The notes below the pieces were generated by a model that did not search any database, had not been told where the DNA came from, and worked only from the letters and a program-made list of their open reading frames with translations. Shown one piece after another: positions 24,350-33,573 of a stretch of DNA of 39,989 nt. The stretch is from the IMG/VR virus record IMGVR_UViG_3300037473_000044. One strand, 5' to 3'. Origin of the DNA: a virus. Numbering within the stretch: position 1 is the first letter of the stretch; every line of letters begins with the position of its first letter. The position numbers and the translations under genes are program-made.

Positions 24350-25471
24350 TTACGCCGCCACAATCAGCCGGTCATCTTCGAGGTTCAGCGACTGCTCATA
24401 GACCGCCCCGGATTGACGGTCTCCAACCAAATGCAGTCCCCACGTAAAACAGTGATTCACCGCGACGTGCGGGAAATAGCGCCCGTAGTTGACATCCCAG
24501 TGCGCCCGCTCATGCCACTGATCGCTCGTGATGTCATAGACCCACGTCGTCTCGAGGCCGGGCACATAGAGCACGTAGAACGTGTGCCCCTGTTCCTGAT
24601 AGCCCCAGGCGAGGGCGCCTTGATAGTTCTCGAGCTGCGTCAGCGCGTATTCGACGGCGTGCGTGGACACCCGCTGCGGGGTGTAGCCGTTCGCGCGCCA
24701 GACCACGCCAGAACCTTGTTCGTCCTGCCCGAGCCACCAGACGGTGTTGTCGAGTTCGACGGCGGTAAACGGCGCCCCGATGCCGTGCTCAATGAGCGCG
24801 CCTTGCACAGGGGTGAAGGGAAAGGAGGCGTCGCCGCTGTCGTACCACGGCGCCGTGTTGCGCGTGCCGAACAACCAGAGGTTGTCGTGCGTGCGCGTCA
24901 TCGCCACGATCTTGTCGGAGAACTGCGACTCCAAGCCGAAGTCGAGCCCGTTCCACGTCAGCCCGTCATACAGCTCGGAAATGACGAACTTGCCCGTGTC
25001 GCCATCAAGCGCGACAAAGTAGCCGTCGAAGAACAACCCTTGCACCACGTAGGTGGGGAAGTTCTCGTCGGTGATCTGCGTAAACGAACCGGACTCGAGG
25101 TCGTAGATGTAGCCACGCCCGCCCGTTGTCACGAACACCTGATGGCCGATGGCGCCGTTGCTGCACATCGTCGCGGGGAGTCCACTGACGGCGACGTAGC
25201 CGCGCACCACAGCCGTCCGAGACGGCAGAATCTCGTAGAAGGCCGCGCCCCCGACGCCAAACGCGCGCCCGTCCTGCGCGAACAGCCCTTTCACCGAGCC
25301 CGAGCCGAGAAACGCGAACATGCGAAGCCCCGGCGTGGGATAAAGCGCCCCCGACACTTTGGGCGTGCCCTGATTCGCCAGTTCCATGTACCAATTCACC
25401 GTGCGCTCGGCGTCGACCGCCTTTGAGCGCTGGCGATTGGAGGGTCCGGTCAGGCCAGGGAAGTTCGCCAT
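24350..25471 (-). CDS. Tail hub / packaged-DNA stabilisation (P22 gp10-like) protein
   Basis: The N-terminus QRSKAVDAERTVNWYMEL...ALYPTPGLRMF...VKGLF resembles the stabilisation-protein family. The position follows the adaptor gene. Confidence 0.45.
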   Translation of the reverse strand: MANFPGLTGPSNRQRSKAVDAERTVNWYMELANQGTPKVSGALYPTPGLRMFAFLGSGSVKGLFAQDGRAFGVGGAAFYEILPSRTAVVRGYVAVSGLPATMCSNGAIGHQVFVTTGGRGYIYDLESGSFTQITDENFPTYVVQGLFFDGYFVALDGDTGKFVISELYDGLTWNGLDFGLESQFSDKIVAMTRTHDNLWLFGTRNTAPWYDSGDASFPFTPVQGALIEHGIGAPFTAVELDNTVWWLGQDEQGSGVVWRANGYTPQRVSTHAVEYALTQLENYQGALAWGYQEQGHTFYVLYVPGLETTWVYDITSDQWHERAHWDVNYGRYFPHVAVNHCFTWGLHLVGDRQSGAVYEQSLNLEDDRLIVAA

Positions 25472-26226
25472 TAGCGCCCCTGCACCCCAGAGCTGCTATC
25501 GCTCAGAATGTTGTAGACGCCGGCTTGCGAGGTCAGCGCGGCATCGAGGCCGAGATCGGACATGACCGTGTTCGACCGCTGATAGATGGACAGGAACTGT
25601 CCGGCCATCTGGTCAAGCTGCTGGCTCCACGGCACGCCGTTACGGATCGCCATCCACTTCGCCAGCTCGTAGGTCAGCGCCGGCAGCGCACCAGGGGGAA
25701 AGTCGTACTGATCGTCGAGGCTCGTGAACTCGCGCAACTGCACGGGCCGGTAGAGCACGAGCGACGTGGAGTCGGTCGACGGCACCGGCCACAGTTGAAT
25801 CGTCGCGAGGCCACCCGCGAACGTCGCTTGGAAATAGACGCCCGTGAAATAGGTCGACGTCAGTTCCTTCTGCACGATCGAGGCGTAGGCGTCGTTCGTG
25901 TAGAGCGTGCGCGTGATCTCAAAGGGCTCGGACGTGCTCGTGTCGTACAGCCCGACATTCGTGATGGACGTGGGCCGCGACGTGTCGAAGTCGCCACCAG
26001 GACCAATCGTGTAGGGGTCGCTTGGACCGCCACGGCCGGCCGTGAGCGGGAACACCTCACGCGCGGTCGCCGGGATGGTCAGCGGCATCAACGACCACTG
26101 GCCGAGGATCTGATTGAGCGACCGCAGCCCCTGTTGCGCCTGCGCGGAGTCGAGCGTCTGCCCGACCTGATTGATGGCCGGAATCAGGTAGGCGTCCGTG
26201 ATGATCGACCGCGCCGTGGTGCTCAT
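25471..26226 (-). CDS. Head-tail adaptor candidate
   Basis: The N-terminus SIITDAYLIPAINQVGQTLDSAQAQQGLRSLNQILGQW is of the kind seen in podovirus adaptor proteins. Confidence 0.4.
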   Translation of the reverse strand: MSTTARSIITDAYLIPAINQVGQTLDSAQAQQGLRSLNQILGQWSLMPLTIPATAREVFPLTAGRGGPSDPYTIGPGGDFDTSRPTSITNVGLYDTSTSEPFEITRTLYTNDAYASIVQKELTSTYFTGVYFQATFAGGLATIQLWPVPSTDSTSLVLYRPVQLREFTSLDDQYDFPPGALPALTYELAKWMAIRNGVPWSQQLDQMAGQFLSIYQRSNTVMSDLGLDAALTSQAGVYNILSDSSSGVQGR

Positions 26227-26552
26227 CGGCGGGCCTCGGGAATCACCGGCACATGCGTGGAGACGGTCTTCTCGTACGCGGCGGCTTCTTCCTGCGCCAG
26301 CGCACTCATCTTCAAGTCCTGCGCGGCCCGCTCAGCGGCGAGATTGCCAATGGTCTCTTCGGCCCGCTCGAAGCGCTCTAGCGCCTCGGCCGGGTCATCG
26401 CACCAGCCCTGCCCAAGCGCCTTGTAGTACTCGTCGGAGTTGCGGACGATCTTCGTCGTCTCGCTGATCACGCGCGCATCGACGCACACGACCTTGCCGT
26501 TAGGCAGCTTCATGGCGCGAAACAGCGTCACGGGCGCATCACGCCAGCTCAT
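26223..26552 (-). CDS. Hypothetical protein
   Basis: ATG 26552 forms an ATGA overlap with the methyltransferase stop and is in frame with track ORF 26223-26600. Confidence 0.5.
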   Translation of the reverse strand: MSWRDAPVTLFRAMKLPNGKVVCVDARVISETTKIVRNSDEYYKALGQGWCDDPAEALERFERAEETIGNLAAERAAQDLKMSALAQEEAAAYEKTVSTHVPVIPEARR

Positions 26553-27112
26553 CGGTACCTCGTCAGCGCGAGCCCGCGCGGAGTCGGCAGGCGCAACCAC
26601 GGATGCACGAGCCCATCGACCACGACTTGCTCGAGATCCGCGAAAAACTCAGGGACGCCGGGATAGCTAGTCGGCACGGCCGAGTCGTGCGCGAGAATCA
26701 CGCACCGCGGCGACGCCCACTGCCGGAAGTGGCGGACTTCCACCATGCGATCGGTAAAGCCGCTGTCGACAAACAGCAGATCAATCGGCTGATCCGGTTC
26801 CACATGCGCCGCGCGGTTGGTGACGATGGTCACGGGCAGGCCCGCCGTGCGGGCGCGTGCCTGTTCGGACTTCGCGTGGACCAGTTCAATGGAAACGAGG
26901 CGCCCGCGGCCGAGATCGCGCAGCGCCAGGCCAATCTGTTCCGCCGTGTAGCCGACATACGAGCCGGTTTCGACGACGAAATCGGGCTTGAGCGCGCGCA
27001 CGAGGTCTGCCACGAAGCGCGAGACTTCAGTTTCAGTCGCCCATTCGTCCGGCGCCGACCAGCGGCCGGGCTCGGGACACTCGGGCCGAGAGGCGAGAGC
27101 TTCCGCGCGCAT
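26549..27112 (-). CDS. Class I SAM-dependent methyltransferase (O-methyltransferase / CmcI-like)
   Basis: VVETGSYVGYTAEQI is a G-x-G SAM loop. Other supporting segments are RLVSIEL and DLLFVDSG. Confidence 0.6.
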   Translation of the reverse strand: MRAEALASRPECPEPGRWSAPDEWATETEVSRFVADLVRALKPDFVVETGSYVGYTAEQIGLALRDLGRGRLVSIELVHAKSEQARARTAGLPVTIVTNRAAHVEPDQPIDLLFVDSGFTDRMVEVRHFRQWASPRCVILAHDSAVPTSYPGVPEFFADLEQVVVDGLVHPWLRLPTPRGLALTRYR

Positions 27113-27116
27113 TCGC

Positions 27117-27374
27117 CTACTGCTGGTAGAGGCCGACCATCAGCGTGGCCGTGGTCGTCGAACTCATCACGCGCTTGACCGTGACTGGCAAGACTGTTCC
27201 AGCGACACAGGTGAACTGGATGTCCTGGTTGTCTTCCATGATCGCGCGCACGATGCCCGCGCCGCCGACCCAGACAGACACCGGGTAGTGGTCGTTGACC
27301 TTTTCGCAGTCCACCGTGTCGCTCTTGGTAATCGCGCGGGCGGTGTTAAACGCTGGGAGAGTCACTTGCGGCAT
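27117..27374 (-). CDS. Head-spike base-like protein (RcGTA rcc01079-type pattern)
   Basis: ARAITKSDTVD...VWVGGAGIVRAIM...FTCVAGTVLPVTVKRVMSSTTTATLMVGLY fits the remembered a.aItPSDt...G.aG.l.v...f..v.aG.ilPirv.rV...gTtA pattern. The comparison is from memory only. Confidence 0.4.
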   Translation of the reverse strand: MPQVTLPAFNTARAITKSDTVDCEKVNDHYPVSVWVGGAGIVRAIMEDNQDIQFTCVAGTVLPVTVKRVMSSTTTATLMVGLYQQ

Positions 27375-28078
27375 TACGCCTCCACGAACTCAGGAACATC
27401 CGCGCCCCACGGCTGCATCAAGAACGGCACCGTGCCGCGGGCAAATACGACCGACCAGCCCGTTTCCGCGCTGTAGTGCGGCCAGACTTCGACGTCCGTC
27501 GTATGGCCGAATTGCACCGACGAATCGCCCCACAACTGCACGCCGGCCTCCGACAACTTGCGGCAGAAATACAAGTCGTCGTCCCACTGATCCGGCACGA
27601 ACTGCCCGAGCGCCACGTAGGGCTTCGGAATCGTGCGAAGGACCGCCGTGCGCATCAGCAAGCCGCCAAACGTCGCCGCGGTGAGCGGCACGAGCTCACC
27701 CGGTGGCGGCAGCGTGTCTTTCATGGCTTCGATCGACGGCTCCGTGCGGTCAAACCACAGCGCACGGAAGGGCGGTTGCCGGCGAAAGCTCAGCGGCACC
27801 ACCGCGTCAACCTTGGGATCTTCAAAGCGCTGCAACAGCCGAATGAGCGCATCCGGCCCAAACGTCAGGTCATCGTCAAGGAACCAGATCCACTCCGCCC
27901 CCAGCGCGAACGCCTCGTCAATGAGCCCGTTGCGGTTGGTGGCCGGGGAGCACCCCCGCCCCGTGCGGATCACCACACGAGGCGGGAGGTTGAGTTCACT
28001 GACACACGCCCAGAAGGATGACCACCGCCCCTGCACGGCGCAGGGGATGGCGATCATCACGTCGCAGGCACTAGCCAA
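27374..28078 (-). CDS. GT-A fold (family 2-like) glycosyltransferase
   Basis: EWIWFLDDDLTF is a DxD motif. Downstream are GGLLMRTAVL and DDDLYFCRKLSEAGVQLWGDSSVQFGH. Confidence 0.6.
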   Translation of the reverse strand: MASACDVMIAIPCAVQGRWSSFWACVSELNLPPRVVIRTGRGCSPATNRNGLIDEAFALGAEWIWFLDDDLTFGPDALIRLLQRFEDPKVDAVVPLSFRRQPPFRALWFDRTEPSIEAMKDTLPPPGELVPLTAATFGGLLMRTAVLRTIPKPYVALGQFVPDQWDDDLYFCRKLSEAGVQLWGDSSVQFGHTTDVEVWPHYSAETGWSVVFARGTVPFLMQPWGADVPEFVEA

Positions 28079-28670
28079 GCGTCACGCCGTAGGCGCACTT
28101 GACGCCCCAGAGTCCACGCGAGGACAGCAACGTGATGCTGTTGCCCTTGGTGGCCGCGAACGTCGCGACGTCGGACGTTGTGGTGTCGCCGTTGAAGCCC
28201 GGTGTGTACGTGACGGTGTGTGCCGCGGCGGTCGTGGAATAGATAGTCACTTCCACGCCATCGGGCGTCGCTGCGGTCGGACTCTCGAGCGTCATCGCCG
28301 CCGCTGTCGCCTTGTCCAAGAAGATCAAGGTGTCGTAGGTCGGCGGGACGATTGCCCCGCTGGCGCCATACGACACGATGTTTTTCTTGTAGAGGCTCGG
28401 GTTGTTGGTCCAGCCCGGCTGCGGAGACGGGAACTCCGTCGCCGTGCCGGCCGTGACCCCCGCCAGAATCGGATGGGCACGCTGTACGCCGCCCTGCTTG
28501 CCGCCACGCTGGACGGGGATGAGCCCGCCAGCCGTGGCGACGTCCGTCTGGACCATGTATTCGCCATCGACCAACCAGACCCAGCCCACGGCGTTGCCCG
28601 TGGTCGAGGTCGGATAGATCGTCTGGTCGTTGAAGCCGCATGCCGCGGCCAGCGTCGTGTTGAGCGCCAT
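28071..28670 (-). CDS. Thr/Ala-rich capsid-associated protein (decoration or head-fibre candidate)
   Basis: ATG 28670 forms a TAATG overlap with the coat-gene stop and is in frame with track ORF 28071-28697. Confidence 0.55.
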   Translation of the reverse strand: MALNTTLAAACGFNDQTIYPTSTTGNAVGWVWLVDGEYMVQTDVATAGGLIPVQRGGKQGGVQRAHPILAGVTAGTATEFPSPQPGWTNNPSLYKKNIVSYGASGAIVPPTYDTLIFLDKATAAAMTLESPTAATPDGVEVTIYSTTAAAHTVTYTPGFNGDTTTSDVATFAATKGNSITLLSSRGLWGVKCAYGVTLG

Positions 28671-29950
28671 TAGCTTGCACCTCCGGCGACGACGCACGCC
28701 CAGTCAGGCCGATACGCCAGCCAGCCATAGAAGCAGTCCAGACGCGAAATCTTCTGGTCCGACTGCGCGTTGTACTGCCGCACGTAGCGGGCGCTCCAGC
28801 CCGTCTCCGCGTCGCTCACCATCGCCACATCGGCGCCCGGCAGATCGCTATCCGCGTCCACCATGCCGAGCACGAAGGCTTCGCGGTTGTAGACGAGCCC
28901 CTGACGAGTCGCGGTCGCCGTCCAAGTGCCCGAGCCGGTCGTGATGGTCGAGCCGAGCGGGATGATCGGCGCGTTGTTGACCGGCAGCGCGTCCACGTTG
29001 GCAAGCGCATTCGGAATCGGTCCCGACCCGACCGCGATCAGCGGCGGCTGGAACTGAATCGTGGCGTCGACACCCGAAGACGTCGTGGCCTGCGTCACCG
29101 TCAACTGCATCAACTGGCCCGTGGACGTGTAGTTCTGGGGGTTGATTTCGTAGACGTTGGCAATCGTGAACTTGTCCCCGACCTGATAGGTCGTGGCCGA
29201 ACTCGCGTTGCCGTCCGTGACGATGCTCGTCATGCCATCCGAGAACGTCGTCTGGTTAACGAGCGGTGTGAACGTGGTCGATGAGCCCGTGGTCCGCTGC
29301 CAGGTGTTCTGGTCCATGTACCACTCGTCGATACCCAGCCCGTTCTCGCCACTCGAGAACTGACCCGTGCGCCAGTTCTTGCCGATGGACGAGGCCGGAT
29401 TGAAGATCGTGGCGTTGGAGCCCACGAGCGTCGCGCTCATGTTCGGGGAGATGACCGCCACGAGGTTGTCGTCTGGCACCGCGACGTTACGGAGCTTGGT
29501 GACGGCATCCAGATAAGTCTGGATGGACGTGGGGGTCGTGCCAGGTGTGCCGACCGAGTGCGCCACCAGCGGTGAACAGCGCGTCAGCCCATCAAAGTCG
29601 ATGGTGTTGGCGAGCTGGACCGACGCCGGCTTGATGTAGCGCGAGCGCACTTCCTCGACCGAGAACGTGGCGTCGAACGTCGACCACGAAATCCCGATGT
29701 TGGCCTGGTCGGTGATGTTGAACCGGACGGTGACGTCGTTGATACCCTGCTGTTGGAACGCCTGCCCCTTAGTGGTGGCATAGCGCTGGGGGAGTCGCAG
29801 CGAGAATCCCGATCCCACCTTCGCACCCCCGGCCTTGAAATCGGCCGAGTACTTGCGGGTGACGTTGGCGCCGAACTTCAGTGAGTTCTGCGCGATGCGG
29901 GAGACTTCCTTGACAACCCACGTCGGCGTGACGAAGGCGTTTGCGGCCAT
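28670..29950 (-). CDS. Major capsid protein (P22 coat-like)
   Basis: The ORF is 426 aa and directly follows the scaffold gene. The N-terminus FVTPTWVVKEVSRIAQNSLKFGANVTRKYSADF resembles the P22 coat-protein family pattern. Confidence 0.75.
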   Translation of the reverse strand: MAANAFVTPTWVVKEVSRIAQNSLKFGANVTRKYSADFKAGGAKVGSGFSLRLPQRYATTKGQAFQQQGINDVTVRFNITDQANIGISWSTFDATFSVEEVRSRYIKPASVQLANTIDFDGLTRCSPLVAHSVGTPGTTPTSIQTYLDAVTKLRNVAVPDDNLVAVISPNMSATLVGSNATIFNPASSIGKNWRTGQFSSGENGLGIDEWYMDQNTWQRTTGSSTTFTPLVNQTTFSDGMTSIVTDGNASSATTYQVGDKFTIANVYEINPQNYTSTGQLMQLTVTQATTSSGVDATIQFQPPLIAVGSGPIPNALANVDALPVNNAPIIPLGSTITTGSGTWTATATRQGLVYNREAFVLGMVDADSDLPGADVAMVSDAETGWSARYVRQYNAQSDQKISRLDCFYGWLAYRPDWACVVAGGAS

Positions 29951-29964
29951 GAGAGCCTACTTCT

Positions 29965-30999
29965 CTAGGCTCGCCGGGCCTCCCGCGCTTTTCGGTCACG
30001 CTCGTTCATGGCCGCAATGTACTTGGGGCCAAACGGCAGATCATCCGGCGGGGAGGACTCAGGAGCCATCACCGAAGGTCTCACCGGCTTAATGAGAGGC
30101 TTCGCAGTGGTGTGAGTCAGCACTGTCTCGGGGCCGGAAGAAGCCGATGACAGGCGTGCGGTCAAGCGTCCGATTTCACGAGCGGCAGCAATCGGCGTTG
30201 CCTGACGCGCCAACTGCGCCGCATCGTCAGGATGCGTCAACAGGTGGTGCAGCAACTCCGCGCTGAGATCAGGGTCGTTCTGGGCCTCGGCCGCGATCAG
30301 GTCGAGGACAGCCCGAGGGTAAATGGTCGTATCAGCGGCGAGATGTTCGAGAAAGCCGGGATGCTTCTGTTCCAGTAGCTCCTTCGCGGCCTGCGCATGT
30401 GAGGCGCGCTCAGTCTCGGCACGGCGGGCGGCGTCGCGCGCTTCCCGCTCCTCAAGCCGCTTGTCCGCAATGAACGCAGCCAGTGCGGCCTGATGCGCGC
30501 CGTAGGCATCATCGACCCCGGCCGCTACGAAGTCGTCAAACTTCGGCGCCTCGGGGTCGGACTGATACCGCTGGACCAGTTGCAGATAGGTGGGCGCTGT
30601 CGAGGTGTGCGCGGCCGGCACGGATGCCGGCGTTGGTTGCCTCAGCGCCTGGAGTTCGGCTTCGCGCTCGGCGGCTCGACGTTCGGCCTCTTCGGCGCGG
30701 CGTTCGGCGTCGCGTTGTTTCGCGATCGCTTGGTTGATCTTGGCTTGATGAGACTTGCGTGGGTCGCCATCGAGTTTCGCGGGCTCGTCGGCCGGCTTGG
30801 GCTCAGCGGCTTTCGCCTTGAACGTGCCGTCCGGGTTACGCTCACCGGCTGGCGCTGTAGGCGCTTCAGGCTCGGCCGCTTCCTCGGCCTTGGTGTCTGG
30901 CTCCGCGAAGCCCGCAGCCGCACGAATATTCTCTTCCGTGTCGTTGGCCGTGACCGTGACGCGGTTTTCCGTGACCGATGTGATGGGGGAGTTCATCAA
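29965..30999 (-). CDS. Scaffolding protein
   Basis: The ORF is 344 aa, Ala/Glu/Arg-rich and coiled-coil-like. It lies between the portal region and the coat gene. Confidence 0.65.
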   Translation of the reverse strand: MMNSPITSVTENRVTVTANDTEENIRAAAGFAEPDTKAEEAAEPEAPTAPAGERNPDGTFKAKAAEPKPADEPAKLDGDPRKSHQAKINQAIAKQRDAERRAEEAERRAAEREAELQALRQPTPASVPAAHTSTAPTYLQLVQRYQSDPEAPKFDDFVAAGVDDAYGAHQAALAAFIADKRLEEREARDAARRAETERASHAQAAKELLEQKHPGFLEHLAADTTIYPRAVLDLIAAEAQNDPDLSAELLHHLLTHPDDAAQLARQATPIAAAREIGRLTARLSSASSGPETVLTHTTAKPLIKPVRPSVMAPESSPPDDLPFGPKYIAAMNERDRKAREARRA

Positions 31000-31004
31000 G
31001 TCAG

Positions 31005-31280
31005 TTATTTGACGGATGCTGTCAAATTATCGACACCTTGCGCGATCTTGTCAAGGCGTCGCAAGCGAATGCCGTCCCAGCGATATAGATTTTTCAGGTC
31101 TGCGCTCGCATACGGGCCAGGTTTCGCGCTGTGATCGGAGAACACGAGCTTGCCGTTGGCGTCCCGCTCCACGCGGCGGTCAATCATCGCCAGCGTATGG
31201 CGTTGCAGCACGGGCGGCGGCTCAGGACGAATGCCTCGAGGTTCCAGATTGAGCGCCTTGCGGCGTTTCGCGTCACCCAT
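31005..31280 (-). CDS. Hypothetical protein
   Basis: The ORF is 91 aa and overlaps the portal stop by 8 nt. Confidence 0.5.
   Translation of the reverse strand: MGDAKRRKALNLEPRGIRPEPPPVLQRHTLAMIDRRVERDANGKLVFSDHSAKPGPYASADLKNLYRWDGIRLRRLDKIAQGVDNLTASVK
31026..31054 (-). promoter_or_regulatory. Sigma70-like promoter candidate upstream of the scaffold and coat genes
   Basis: On the minus strand, TTGACA (31054-31049), a 17-nt spacer and GATAAT (31031-26). It lies inside the 3' end of the 91-aa ORF, about 27 nt upstream of the scaffold ATG. Confidence 0.4.
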
Positions 31281-33573
31281 TGGCCACGTCTCTGTTCGGA
31301 TCGGGCGGCGGTGGCGTCGTGGCGAGCTCGTACGCGTGCTCGTGCGCCATGCTTTCCCGCTCTATCTGCCGCCTGTGTTCAGCGTCCGCGCCTTCGTCCT
31401 CGCGTTCGGCTCCATGCACGGTCTTTGCGGCGTCATAGGCGTTCTGCGCCATCAACTTCTGCTGCTCGTGCTTGATGCCAATAAGGTCGGCGATGAGCAT
31501 GACTTGAGTTTTCATCTCCTCCATGCCGGCTTTGATTTCCGCGACCGCAATCTGCGTCTCGGCCTGAATCCCCGCCACGCGGATCTTCGTGGCGTCGGCT
31601 GACTGCTGCGTCAGCGCCTTCACTTGGCCGTCCTGTTGCGCCTTGATGACCTGAACTTGGGCGTTGGTCTCCGCAATCTTCAGCTTGGCCTGGTTGTCGT
31701 CGGCCAACTGCTGAAGCTGCTGCATCGCCGCTTGCATCTCGGCCATCTTGGCCTGCACTTCGGGCGGCAGATCCGCGGCCTCATCGTCCACACCGGGCGG
31801 CTTGATGCGGTCTGCGATCTCGTCAGACTTCGGAATGCCCATCGACCGCACCCACAGGTCCGCGAACCGTGGCACCAGCTCAGGCGCGGCCTGCGCGAGC
31901 GCGTTCATGCCGGCGAAGGTCTCGGCTTGGAGCGTCTGGCGCGACTTCCCGACGTTCACAATCACGCCGTATTGGCCCTCAGCCAGCATGTGCGCCATCG
32001 GTTCTGGGCCACCCATACCGATCGCGGACTTGACGCGCTGCATCATGCCGGTTGGCGCCGGCTGCGGCTGGCCGTCCTTGTCCTTCACGAACGGCGCGTT
32101 CAGAATGGCCCAGTCTTCAGAACCATCTTTGCTGATGATGCGTTCTTTGCGGCCGGACCGGTCATACACTGGCGGAATGAGGTCCACCACCACAATGCCC
32201 GTATGCCGGATGGCTCGAGCATGATGCTGCAACCAACCACTCGTGCCTTGCTGTGATGCCGCTTTAAGTTCTTCGATGGCCTTCCCGCTGCGATCGTTCG
32301 GATTGACGTGGCCCAGCGCGGCGTCTGGTACTCCTGTTGTTGAACGTATGAAGTTCGTAAACAGGCCGATCATCTCGGCGTAGGACCGGATCTCAGGGTT
32401 GTCGTTATTGCGAGTCGGGGGCGGCAGAAGTTGCGGCCCCGTTCCCGGCGTCATGGCGTTATATTCGAGATACGGGAAGTTGCGCGTGTTGGCTTGGTTC
32501 CAGAAGCCCTCGTACCCTTGAAATTGTCCGGCGATACCGAGCCACGGGGACACCGACGCTAGGCCGATCTTTTCGGCTGCGCTACTCACCATGAAGTTCA
32601 GCATGCGGCCAGCTGAAATCGATGGCTGCACCATGCCTTCTATGATGACTTCGCCGCCGACGTTGTACTTGTTCCCGGAGTCTTCGATGATCGGAATGAA
32701 ATGGCCGTCCCATTCCTGAGGCTCGTCCAACCATTCGAGGCCGTTCATCTTGGCCCACATGATGGTCCGCTGATTCACGGTGCGACCATCAACCGTCACC
32801 GGCTTATAGACCGCATACCAGTACTCAGCCACCCGGTAGAACTTGCCGCCAGCGGTCCCGTCTGCGTTCTTCGTCTCGATAACCCAGTGCTTCTGCGCGT
32901 CTCCTAGGCCTTCAAGAATCTCACTGTCAGTCGCTTTCGCGAGCTTCGATGTCCCGAACTCACGCAAGTAGTCGGCTTCAAGTATCTCGGCGGTGATGAA
33001 GCCGTAATCTGGCTCCCAGAACCCGCCATTTGGCTGCCACTTCGGCAATGGGTCGAGGTAGACCGAGAAGCCGTTTTCGATGGGCTCGATGCGGATGACC
33101 TGATCCAGCCCTGCGCGCTCGTTGGCGTACGCCTTGTTCACGCGCCAGTAGCCGCGGCCACAGCCCACCATCCGCTGAAAGCCCCACGAATACACGTCGT
33201 CAGCGTGGCTGTCCGTCTGGATGGCCCGAATGAGGCCCGCGATGACTTCGGCGGTGTCTTTGTTGGCTTTGCCGTCCTTGGCCGTGATGGTGATCGCTAG
33301 ATCGGCGTCGTGTTCCTGGTTGACCACCTGTGCGATCGGCTGGTCCAGCGTCCGCATCGTGAGCATCGGACGGGCAGGGACAGCAGGAGAACCCGTTGAC
33401 GCGTTGGCCGGGAGGCCCGCCCGCGCCAACTTGGCGTCTTCGGTCCACTGGTCGCCGGCTTGGAAGCGGAGCGCTTCCAGTTCCCGCGCCCGCTGGTCGT
33501 GCTCGGTCTCCGCGATGAACTTAAATTGCGCGAGCGCCGTGGCGTGCAGCGAGGTCAGGTCGGAGGCGCCCAA
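31273..33573 (-). CDS. Portal protein (P22-like)
   Basis: The ORF is 766 aa and downstream of TerL. The N-terminus ELEALRFQAGDQWTEDAKLARAG...RPMLTMRTLDQPIAQVVN is typical of P22-type portals. The only available start is a TTG at 33573 with no visible SD. Confidence 0.8.
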   Translation of the reverse strand: MGASDLTSLHATALAQFKFIAETEHDQRARELEALRFQAGDQWTEDAKLARAGLPANASTGSPAVPARPMLTMRTLDQPIAQVVNQEHDADLAITITAKDGKANKDTAEVIAGLIRAIQTDSHADDVYSWGFQRMVGCGRGYWRVNKAYANERAGLDQVIRIEPIENGFSVYLDPLPKWQPNGGFWEPDYGFITAEILEADYLREFGTSKLAKATDSEILEGLGDAQKHWVIETKNADGTAGGKFYRVAEYWYAVYKPVTVDGRTVNQRTIMWAKMNGLEWLDEPQEWDGHFIPIIEDSGNKYNVGGEVIIEGMVQPSISAGRMLNFMVSSAAEKIGLASVSPWLGIAGQFQGYEGFWNQANTRNFPYLEYNAMTPGTGPQLLPPPTRNNDNPEIRSYAEMIGLFTNFIRSTTGVPDAALGHVNPNDRSGKAIEELKAASQQGTSGWLQHHARAIRHTGIVVVDLIPPVYDRSGRKERIISKDGSEDWAILNAPFVKDKDGQPQPAPTGMMQRVKSAIGMGGPEPMAHMLAEGQYGVIVNVGKSRQTLQAETFAGMNALAQAAPELVPRFADLWVRSMGIPKSDEIADRIKPPGVDDEAADLPPEVQAKMAEMQAAMQQLQQLADDNQAKLKIAETNAQVQVIKAQQDGQVKALTQQSADATKIRVAGIQAETQIAVAEIKAGMEEMKTQVMLIADLIGIKHEQQKLMAQNAYDAAKTVHGAEREDEGADAEHRRQIERESMAHEHAYELATTPPPPDPNRDVANG

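Noticed and set aside
24134-26427. Long + strand ORFs (24134-25426, 430 aa; 25423-26427, 334 aa) opposite the tail-hub and adaptor genes
   Set aside because: They are Arg/Pro/His-rich shadow frames typical of GC-rich DNA, antisense to well-supported, translationally coupled - strand genes. They have no motifs and no RBS logic.
27633-28673. 346-aa + strand ORF across the glycosyltransferase and capsid-associated genes
   Set aside because: It is an antisense shadow ORF with Arg/Gly/Ala-dominated composition. The - strand genes carry recognisable motifs and coupled starts.
28057-28728. Alternative 223-aa - strand frame overlapping gene 28071-28670
   Set aside because: The frame starting at 28670 has a TAATG coupling to the coat-gene stop and a protein-like Thr/Ala/Gly composition. 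The alternative frame is Arg/Gly/Asp-rich noise.
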